NCBI GenBank assembly: GCA_000320545.1
Contig: ADNK01001191.1
Coordinates: forward strand, 1 to 64,000
Reading direction: 5' to 3'
Origin: Bigelowiella natans CCMP2755
Lineage: Eukaryota; Protista; Cercozoa
Length of the DNA: 64,000 nt
A program made the translations under genes and the position numbers. Below the pieces are notes generated by a model, which worked only from the letters and a program-made list of their open reading frames with translations, did no database searches and was not told the DNA's origin. This document shows positions 29,901-40,834 of this stretch, piece after piece. The first letter of the stretch is position 1, and each line of letters opens with the position of its first letter.

Positions 29901-31492
29901 TTGGAAGTGATGTAGCGCAATCAGATTGCGAATTATCGTCTGTCTTATAATCCCTCTCCCTCCTACTATCTTTAACCATAGGTATCGACAATGCATGCAG
30001 GATCTCCGATCCTTCGCTCCTCTTTCCAGCACTGCTTCCTCCTCCCTCTCCTCATGGCTCATCATACCGCCTCTCTCCTCACGCTCGTTCGGTCTCACGT
30101 CGCTACGCGACGACGACCGTGTTATGGAAATGCGGGTTGGTGGGGCGTTGGTCCACGTTCCGATTGTCATCGGCGACGATTACACGAAGGAACACCAAGC
30201 AAGTTTTGCACATCGGTACCCTCCATCTGCCCACACCTTCTTGGGCAGTGTCTTTACCAACACGGAGGGGGGCAGCCTCGGAGGGAGAGGCGGCAATGGA
30301 AGCTCGGCTGGATCGAGCGGGGGAGCAGGTGCGTGAGAAGTGAATAGTGATGGTGATGATGATGATGATGATGACGACGACGACGACGAGAACGGTGACA
30401 ACGACGATAATGCACGAAGGAAACAACAAAGATTGGCGATTTTCCATCAAATACTTCCCATTAGTAGCCTCCCCATACTAGCACGCATACAGATACACGA
30501 ACACCCACAAAAGAAAATATAAATGGGAAATGTTTCTCTCAGAGTAGTCGTTTTCCTTCCCAATCCCCATCACACATTTGGCAATTTCCTCCAAATGAAA
30601 ATCGTTCCCAGGTGAAAATAATATGGAAGTGCTACGTACTGTGGTGACCCTCCCGTCCTCAAGTCGTAGAGAAGCTGCGGAAGCGCCCAGGCAACACCAG
30701 ATTAGAGAGAATGAGCATAAAATAGGAGTCTCTATCCGCATGTTAGGGGGTGGCAGGAGTTTGGTGCATATATACCCGATATTATCACCCCCCCCCTCTG
30801 TGCGAGGCGGTCATAATCGCAAAGACAAAAGTGAAGGGCAGTGCATCACAGAGGCAGCTCTCAATCCGCACGCTACAACCTCAAGATTCTCAGCCATTGG
30901 AACCCACGCAGAGAGTGTAGAACCTCTCCCTCTCCTGCCTTTGTCGCGTGGCTCCGGGATGTCTCTGCAGCTGTCGTGCCCCAAAATCGTCTTTCGTCTC
31001 GTGTCGGGAGGAGAACATCAAAATAGTAACTACGCCAGGCAGCCATCCTCTTCATCTTCATCTTCCTCGGCGCTTGCGCTTACTCTCACCCTCTCGCACA
31101 TCTCCATGAAGCACAGTGCGCCTTCGCTGATCACGCGGCGGGATGATGGCCAACAAAGTCAGCTTTCGGACCGGAAACACGCTCCTCCAGCTGTGCCAAT
31201 TCAGATCCAAAGTGTGTCCGTACACAAAAAGAAGCAAATTGTTAGCTAGCCCTTATGATGTAATAGCTCTCCCTGTGCCAGGAACAACGTCGATCTGATT
31301 TCCCCCTTATGTATTCGTCGCCCGGCGAACCCATTTTTGTCATCAGGTGGCAGCACTCGGTCGACTCTACGCGTGGCCACTATTCAAATTAACGACGAGC
31401 GAAAGCAGGCGCACTTCCCCATCTGTTTCATGCCGATACGTCCCACCTCCTCCGTTGCTCCGTTCTTAAACATTTCTTTGCATTCGCACTCG

Positions 31493-31526
<34 letters not shown>

Positions 31527-32757
31527 CACAGCAGAAAACAACAACAACTTCAGCACCTATGACGCCATCTTCGGCCGGATATGGTGCTATGGCTGATCTT
31601 AGCAACACTGACAGAGTTGGAAGAAGGGATACGGCTGTTCCAGCCTCTCTGAAAACTTCAAATGGCGTGAACGATGTCCATTCGTCATCGTTGCGGATTT
31701 ACCGTGGTGTTTCGGTCTCGACACGCGTGGCAGCATTCCGGCTGCGAGTCGATGCAGAAGTCGTACTGGCACTGGCAAGATTTGGGTCAAATGTGCTGGA
31801 GATTATTTCCTGCAGCAACACCGCCAGTGACAATGACACGGGCTGCCGTCGAAACTTGCTGCGGCGACAAGGCTTGTCCGGTCTTTCTTCACACCAAAAA
31901 CATCATCACCGTCAGTACCTATCGCCAAGACCGGTTAGGAGGAGCGGCAGAAGTAACCAAATGGAAAATAATAAGACCCGCTTGGAGGCAGTCCACATTG
32001 CAGATATCAGCGGTACTTCATATGAGTAATAGGCGAAATATAGCACCCGATATAGCATACACGCACGCGATTGTGCACGCAAACAAATGAATGCACAACC
32101 CAAATCCGAGCGCGCACGATCACAAACGAAATGCTGGATATCAGGTTCCATATGCTATTTTGGGTCACCCCGCGCTGCAACATTGTTGAACGAAGGGTCA
32201 GCCTCGGAGGGGGGGGGAGGGAACTGTCCCCCAGAGTGGCTTATGTCTCTCCTCACGACACTCACAGCGCGCATAAAGGTATCTATTACAATGCCACAAG
32301 CCTAGGGAGATATCTTTATTAAATAGGAAAGCAGACGTCATATTTTTTAGAGAAATCCTCTCCATTCCGAGATATGCGCAATGACTTTTAATTTTCCCAT
32401 GATTCGAGGAGATATTCTTCAACTTTGAATGGAAATAGGTCCATTTTCTGAACCTGATTTGTCTGCAGGAGGCCCCAGTCGGATTGAGAGGAGTGCTTAT
32501 TTGCTCGCAAGAGCAATTTGGTGCCTCTGCTTTGACGCAAATGTTTGGAAAATCTGCTTCTGATAAAGATAGGAACGCTAATGGCAGCAGCATCTCTCAA
32601 ATGCTTTTTGAACACTACGTTTCAACGATGGCAATTATTCAAATGCTGCGACTCGTAGGTAGCGGACAACGCAAGTCTAGCTCGATTCCTTTGTTGTTAG
32701 AGCAAACATGGGGTTTTCCAAATGCTAGTATTAAAATTACTCGTTTTTCGTCTGTAG

Positions 32758-32795
<38 letters not shown>

Positions 32796-33857
32796 TTTAT
32801 TTATATATGTGTATGTATATTCTTGGTCGTTTCACGCAGGTTCTGCCGGGGTTCTTGGAGCACCTGTCACGCTAGTTGATAGTCTCGGCAACGGGTTGCA
32901 TGACTTGATTGTCGCGCCATTGGAAGATCTCAAACGGGGCCACATCGGTCATTTCGGAACAGGCGTCGCAAGAGGGGTCATGCGTATTTATATGAAGTTC
33001 ATAGTGCCTTCTTTCAGTTTTCTCCCCAGCATTCTCTCCACATGCAAGCACCCTCCTACGAATAATGTATATACATTTTCAAATCAATCTCATCAATGGT
33101 TCTTTTACCACATGATTGATAGGGAATAAGCCTCATCTCCAACTCGATTTACGGTGTGGCCAACACGGCTCGAATGCTTAGCGCCGCAGCTGGGGGTGGT
33201 CTAGCACGATGCACTTTGGATGAGAAGTTCGCTCGGCAACGTGCTATGGGCCTCGAAAATGAAAAGCCCTCCCACGCTCTTTCAGGGATATCTGCCGGGG
33301 TAAAAGCGCTCGGTCGCGGGGTGGTTGGGGGCGTGAGCGGCGTCGTTGTCGATCCCGTCATTGGCGCAAGAAGGGATGGCGTTGGTGGATTCCTTGGGGG
33401 TAAGGAGGATTTCTGTCATTTCCGTGCCCGCTTTCTCATGCACTTTGTGCGATACGTTCTGCATGGCCCGCGACGGCAAACAGCGTCATCATCCTCGCTA
33501 TCACCGCTGCTTCCCTTTTTGCATGCATAGATGATGCGTCTCGGCCTCACGGGCTTTGCTGATGCATCCGTGTTGATCATCATTGTCTTAGGGATTGGAA
33601 AGGGGATGTTAGGATTAGTTTTCAAGCCCGCGACAGGGGCGATGGACGCCTTAACGCAGGTCACAGAGGGTGTACGTAACACGACTCTACTCCTAGAGCA
33701 TAAGGCCAAACCGATAGCGATTTCACCTCCTTCCAGCCCTCCAAGAATAGCTGGAAGCGATGTTGCTGCCGACGCCATTTTTGGTGGTATTCGTGCTGAC
33801 GACATACCCGAGTCGATGGGTGAGAGGGGGCCAAGGGAACAGAAAGGGCTAAAAGAG

Positions 33858-33893
<36 letters not shown>

Positions 33894-35582
33894 GAGAATA
33901 AAGGCACGAATGGCCAGCTACTTACCAAGGGGCCAGTGTTATCGCCAGAGGAAAAGCGAAGAAATCTTCTCACTCCACGGCGAATTCAAGACGCTGTCAA
34001 GAAGCGGGATGCCTACCCCCTCTTTCGCATAGCATGGGCAGAGGGAGAAGGGGTTTGGGGAGTGAGCTCTCGAAAGCCGTACGTGCGTATTGTCGATGAC
34101 GTTAGCGTCGATGAAAGCTACGGCCATGAGGGAAGAAAGGATAAGATTGCAGGGGGGGATGAGGAGGCGGGGCTAAGCTCTGCTCCCTCGACGCCATGCA
34201 CGGAATTCATTCTGGAGCACCATGGGTCTTTTGTTGCTCTGTGTTTGTCGAGGGACATTATGGGGCGAAGCGGAACGGGCAGAGAATGGCCGCAGGAACG
34301 CGATCTGTATCTTTCACGGAGAAGAGACGGGAAGATTGGCATTGCCGAGCTCCGTGCAGAAGAAGATCGGGACGATAGCACAGGAGACGGCGAACACAAC
34401 GACGACGATAGCGAAGATAAGGGTTCCAAGATCGATGCTTCAGGAAACCTGCGGGCTGCAACGTCGTCCTCCTCGTCGTTTTCGTCATCGCGTTCATCAC
34501 TTTCCGAGCCTTCTCCGCGACTCATACCCATTGTAAATAAGCTGTCGATGGCTCAGCTCTGGAAAGTCCTCCCGGTGCATACGGGGGTGGTAGGGGAGGG
34601 CTGCTTGGTGCGGCTTGCACCCGCCTCAAGCGGCAACTACCACAATACCGCAGCAGATATTGATGATGATGATGATGATGATATAGTCGTTACCAAGGCT
34701 GGTAATGTCGTTAGGAAAACCAAGAGCACTTCCGTCGCTGGGTGGTACGAGTACCCGCATCACCGTGTCTCCTGCTGCCATTTCTCTCCTGTGGACGAGG
34801 ATGCTTGCGTGATGTACACTACGAATACGAATTCTACCTCTGGGACTTACGGGAATAATCGCGATGGCGGAAGGGGGGGGGGTAGCTTCTCACTGTTCAG
34901 ACTGCAGCTAAAAATGGGTGCCCTCGTGTCGCTCTATAATCCTTTTCTACGGCGAACTCTCATACTCGATGATTTCAGCCGATTCAAGATGCTCCAAGAA
35001 AGTGCCGGTGACCACGCCAGCAAAGATAAGAAAGAGAAGCAGCAAGATCTGAATGCTGCTACAGCGGTCTTCCGGGCGCCAGACTATAAGCGCAGTCTTC
35101 CCTCTCAGTTGTTGCTCCTTCAAAGCAAGAGACCTGATGATGTCGTTTCTGGAAAAGAAAGTGAGATCGCACGTCCCCGCAGCCCCCACCACCGCCGTCG
35201 TAGTCTACCCAGGCATTCTTATTGTGAAGGGCGTTGCTTGGTGCTCGACACGACGATTGTCGACGGCTGGTTCGGCTTTAGGCTAATTCTTGATTGGAGG
35301 CTGAAACGCCTTCATAGTAGGGATCAAGATTGTGATGACGATCGCGGCCTCGACGAGTATTGGCACCAGCACGTTCCGACTACCGTCACGGTTGAAAATG
35401 CCGCAGATGATGAAGTCAGAAGAATGGACAGGAAGCTTTCTGAATTGCAAGAAGATAAGATCCTGCTGTCAAATCGATCTCCCTCTACTGTAGCAGTAGT
35501 AGCCCCAGATACGCAACACAAAATATCAGAATCAGTAGCATCATTATTTTATGTGAAAAAGCACTTTCTACCCAAGCAGTGA
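14359..35582 (+). CDS. VPS13: VPS13-family bridge-like lipid transfer protein, multi-exon
   Basis: Chorein-N: MFEGLVERLLR|ESFGGIFEQIGDLKIAVWSGNVRLRDLRIKKTAL ... LEVVTGRVDSLIVE|VPWQALTTKRVRVTFDGVHLL. VAB-like strands: LKLTPVFYIHNA, LRVHARHSVENLL, PLIKLKNDT. APT1-like: LRVATIQINDE..FP. ATG2_C/VPS13_C amphipathic Gly-rich region: GAPVTLVDSLGNGLHDLIVAP, GVVGGVSGVVVDPVIGARRDG, GIGKGMLGLVFKPATGAMD. Stop at 35580-35582. Confidence 0.93.
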
Positions 35583-36212
35583 GAATAAGAGTCAGTGCGC
35601 ATATTCCAATTATTATTATTGCAGTAGACAATGCATTGCGGTGAACACACAACATGTAAACTATAAAGACATAATTCTAGATGTACATTCTGGCTAGTCT
35701 GGTTCCGAATTATAACACTTAAATGCATAAACAAATACATACATAGCATTCCATGTGCTTAGATTGTTGAGTCTAAGATGCGCGTTGCTACACGTGTACG
35801 CGTCCTTGGTATGCCTCATTTTTACTATGGCAAAACATGAGCACATTCACGCGTTTTATGTGTACGCCTTCAACATGCAAAGAACCGCCTCAGTGTGACG
35901 ACGCAATCAACGCCAGCTAGCCAGTTTTGTAGGCATATAGACATTAGTATTTCGTATTACTACCTAGCTACGACTGTATGCAACCACTTTCTAGATCTGA
36001 AAAAGGTTGCTGTACCTTGTACGTATGGCAGTAGTATACAAATTGTAGATTGGTCACACTAGCACAGTTGCGCTCACTGCTGCAAATACTGCTATTATAT
36101 AATGGAGAGCACAAGTGCATAGACTGAATGGCTTAATTCATATAAGATCAATTGATTTGAAGAAAGCTATGAAGGCTTTAACTGTACACAAAGTATATAA
36201 CAACTGTATCAA

Positions 36213-38020
36213 CTAGTTCTCCGCAGAGATCTGGTGCAGCAGTTTTGATTTGGCGCTCTTGCCATCCACACCGTTGTTCGCACTCGTCGGCAACAACGTT
36301 CCCTTCGGTGTCATTTGCATGTTGCTAGTTGCGGGTGAAATTGTAGCTTCCGCTATTGAATCGTCTTTATCGCTATCTCCCTCGAAATCCTGGTCGTTGT
36401 CCAGAAGTGATCTGGGGGACGAGAACGCAAGCTGAAATGCTTCGAAACATCGCCTATTTAGCGATATTGCGAAGGTTACCCGCTTGAAAAATTTTGCAAA
36501 AGGATATTTGTCAGGATTGAACGCCCGCTGAAACAAAGCCGATATTGCTTCGGGGGGGTTTCCACCAGCTTCGCACCCCCAGGCTCCAAGGACAAGGTGC
36601 GTGTTCCCTTTTGCCGCAAATGTCGAGAGCATATTGATAATCTTCTTGAAGGTCTGCAACAGATTCTCTTGGTCAGGCTTCTTACACACACAAAGATTAA
36701 CCTCGTTTCGACAACACCTTTTCCTCGTATTTAGGCTCCAGCCTTTCTCCCTCCGGGTCGGCAGTCCTCATGTGGCAGTAGCAGTGGGCCACAACCGCAG
36801 AGACTCGAACGGGTCGCTTGTAGAACTGCAATTCATTGTTTTCGAAAGGGTGATATAGAGAATGTGAGATGGAATGTTAGATGCGGGGGCCAGCTTATTA
36901 CCTCAAAGTTCATATCTGGACCGGCTCTCAGGAGATAAAGCGCTGGTATGTAGAGTGAGCCAAATTCGGGCAGTGGATACCTGCAGTCGGATTTCCGTAC
37001 TTTATATGAGAGCTATGCAAAGCTTTCTGTTCGTTCTTTCTTATCAACGATGGGTATGAATTACTTTGCTCCCTCGACGCATGCTACAAGATTTGACCTC
37101 CGGCATATAGCCTATTTGTTATTGCAACGGTTGTTCGATCAGGAGAGCCTGTCGCAAACTGAGAAACTCCTTAAGAATTATTGATTTTTTGGTTGACCTC
37201 TTCCTGTCCACGAGCTCGACGCTTGTAACCTCCTCCTGGATTCTCTCCACTTCCATGGATGAGAAGACCCACTTTGCCCATTTTCTCTTTCACAAAGCGA
37301 AAGGCGACGTCACAACAATCCTCATCAACAACATCAAATTGGCACAATGGTTTCGGCTCATTCGAAGGCATGGACGGGGAAAGTGAGGGTGATGATGGTA
37401 ATGATGACGCAGTGCGAGAGCTTTTGTCCTCAATTTTCTCGCCTGTCAACGATTTCGAATGGATGGGAGGAAGAGGCGGCGAAGAGGACGAAGAGGACGA
37501 ACGCGACGGCTCATCGCCAATGTTCTTAGATTCTTTTTCCATTGGCCCCTCCTCTGCCAACAATTTCGATGGAACTAGAGGTGTAGGTGATACCGATGAG
37601 TAACACGACGCATCGCCAACATTCTTAGATTCTTCTTCCATTGGCCGTCCCCCTGTCAACAATTTCGATTCAGCCGAAGGTTTAGGTGAAGATTTGTAGT
37701 CGCCGATGTGCTGAGATTTTCCTTCCGTTGGTCGCTCGATTGCCATCACCAGTGATATTTCACACAAGCGGATAGACTTGTCTTGAGCCTTTCTCGAAAG
37801 GATCTTACCAACCTACAGAAAGGGTTAGTAGGCATACATTCGAAGACCTTCTCTCCGCACGTGATCATCTGTCTCACTTCTATTTGTTCTTCGATTTGCT
37901 GAAGCTATCCACCTTAAGTTGGTGGAGGGTATCCCTCTGGACATCCGTCAGGAAGCGCTTCCTAATGCCTTTGCCACGCTTCTTCACACCAGCACCTCCC
38001 CATCCTCTGCCTTTCACCAT
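36213..38020 (-). CDS. Bacterial-type poly(ADP-ribose) glycohydrolase-like macrodomain protein (DUF2263/TIGR02452 family)
   Basis: Exons give FDVVDEDCCDVA...NPGGGYKRRARGQEE|AICRRSNL...|YPLPEFGSLYIP...HLVLGAWGCEAGGNPPEAISALF...FKRVTFAI, carrying the GGG-x6-QEE signature. Start tentatively MVKGRGWGG at 38020. Confidence 0.85.
37430..37675 (-). repeat. Three imperfect tandem peptide repeats within a PARG exon
   Basis: SKLLTGGRPMEEESKNVGD / SKLLAEEGPMEKESKNIGD / SKSLTGEKIEDKS, separated by Ser/Pro-rich spacers. Confidence 0.75.
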
Positions 38021-38120
38021 CCCCTACTTCTCAGTGTCTGTAACGCCAAGCCAGTTTCTTGATGATTTTCGTGATTTTATTGTCGCAGGACAAAAACATC
38101 CTTGGATTCCTCAATTAATA

Positions 38121-38900
38121 CTCAAAACTCACATCGCTCACAGCAAGCGATGAAAAGACCAGCTGGAGGAAAATGCATGGAAATGCATCAGTCTTGTGGG
38201 TTTTCGTGGAACGCATCTTCGCAAACAAGGTTGATGGAAAATTCCACAGTGTTGCAGTCATCTCTAGATCTGGAGATCTCTAGATCTGATCATCATGAAC
38301 ACGCTAGCACGCACGAGCTCGATCTGCTAGAGCTGCGATTCACATTGCATTCACGATCGAGTCGCATGTGAACTTGCTAGCTTCAGATGTCCAGAGGGTG
38401 TCAAGTGATGCCCTTCACCAACTTGAGGTGGACAGTTTCAGCAGATCAAAGAACAAATCGTGAGAACGTGACGTTGCGGCGCAAACATTGGAAACGCGCG
38501 CTAGCGCGTGTGCACACCGTCCCACGTCTAGACGTGCAGATGGACACAACATGGATGTGGCTCACGCACCTGCCTAGCTAGCTAGCTGACAATAGCTAGC
38601 TAGCTAGCATCGCATGCCCCAAATTTGTGCAGTTGCAAATGAATTCATCTTGCTCATCCTGAGAGCAGCATTTCGTCGTGCATGTTCACACGTGTTAGCA
38701 TGCTAGCGTGATGCTAGTGATGGCTAGATCTAGTAGACGGGCCCATGCGATTTGGGCTCGTCAGCAGCTACAAGAAATCGTCTCCCAGCACATGCGGGCA
38801 TGAAGTATCCATGGCTACACTAGTACATTTCATGCTTACATGGCAACCATTATTGATTCACAAAATGTTCTTGCATTGATTGCCTTGTGTCGCATCAGTG
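38121..38900. repeat. TpA-poor, CTAG-rich island including an inverted partial copy (38386-38460) of the PARG 5' exon
   Basis: 38386-38460 matches the reverse complement of 37880-37945 with ~8 substitutions and one short insertion. Confidence 0.8.
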
Positions 38901-39017
38901 TTACGTACAATTATTTGTGTGCATGCTTTATATGTACCAATCTAGCAATGGTAATTGGTGTTAATTAGTCATTTCTCAACGTAATCATCGATAATGACGT
39001 GCTGAAGGAATCGTGGT

Positions 39018-40797
39018 TTAAATCTTCCACGTTTTAATGCAATTGTCTCCACCGGTGGTAATCTGGGAGAGAATATGGTTTAGGGAGAATAAACAGAAGA
39101 AATAGCGAACAGAATAAATAGCATAACGTTTTCAGACTCGGATATTCTATATGACATTATCATTAATCGTTCTTTTAGTGTTTTTCTTACGATGGTATCA
39201 TTATCCAGCCACATGGCCTCATTCACGCCCGCGATGTGACAGGCTGAGCATATCACACATCACATGGATTAGTAATCGAAGAATTCCGAAGAGAATTGAG
39301 TGTACTCTCCATTTCGCTAGCTAGGGTGTTGTGAGTTCGACCTAATTTCTCTCTCCCCCCCCCCCCTCCGCACACACACTCTACTAGTTTCTCTTTTGTT
39401 GTGCTTGCTTACTGAAACGTTCACGCGATTTGGCATCAAATTTATCGAGATCCTTCCAGACGATGATCGTTTCGTCCATCGAGGCGGAAACAAGCTTGCT
39501 GGAGTCGGGAGAGAACGCAATGGAATTGATGCGGGCATTGTGATATTCCCACCCGAAGGAGTTGAGTGTCTCGCCGCCCTTAGCCGTCGAGGTGATGTGA
39601 ATCTAATTCGTGTAATCGACATGAGAGGGAAGTATCCAATAGTAGAGTTCTCTCTCAAGAACCTCCTTTACTTCTAATCTTATTGCATAAGCAATACATC
39701 GGAGGTTGCTTTGAATCATGAAGTGGAAATTCGATACTCGGAAGAACCCCTACCTTTTTGCTCGCGCCAGTAGTAGCAATCAACTTGCCGTCGGGGCTGC
39801 AAGCAACTGAGTAAATAGGACCCTAGAGAGGAGGGAGGGGAGAAGGGGGTGAATATTATATGAGATGTGTTATGAGGTATGATGCGAAAAAACAGGTAGA
39901 CATCGGGCTTGTTGTGCAATCATTACGAGATATCGTACTATTTTTTGGCGGGGAAAGCATAGTGTATTGAACTTGGATGGCACATTCTTCGTTTGGGGGT
40001 AATAAATATCTCTGCCCCCTCATACATCGCCATTCGAGAATGTTTTCTACCAACTTCTATCTTTTTGGCATAATCATCGTTGGTGTCCGATTCTCATGAT
40101 GACATGGCTCTTTCATCTCACCCCGTGCACGCCGCCCAGCTTGAAATCCGACTCTTCGAGTTTGCTGCCATCAACCTACAGCAGCAGCAGAAGCAGCAGT
40201 GGGAAACTTGCTTACCGGGTAATAATTCACGATATATGAAACACAGACGGGTTTCATAACACGAGCATATCAATGCTCGTAATAGAACGATTCTCAATAT
40301 GATCGCCGTTTGATTTGAAAATTCTGTCCCCCATGAAATTTGAAATGCAACGCTCTCCCCAAGCATGAAATGAATAAACGAAGGGGCAAGCATCAGCTAG
40401 CTATCAGATTTTCTGAGAGAAAATATCTGGCAGGTGAAGCAGTTATTAGTCCATACTAAGGTTTGGTATTCTGAAAGCATGTTTTGCGTCCCTACCATGA
40501 CTGCCGCTACTACTTCTACTACTTCTACACCTACTACCGTATAGCAGTGCATCGTGCCAGCATCATCTCCCACCTACATAATAGTCGATAATGTAAAATT
40601 TCCGCTTAAATACACCCGCACGCACGCACGCTCGCTCGCACAAATTGGTACTGTTGCTTGAGCTACTACCACAAGCATCTTATCGTCCATCGTGAATGAA
40701 CCGCAAAGGGGCTTGTAATCAACAGAAAGCTGGAGAAGTAACAACGATGGAGAACGTAGGGACAATTAGTAACGCAAACGCAGCGATATTAATCATC

Positions 40798-40834
<37 letters not shown>

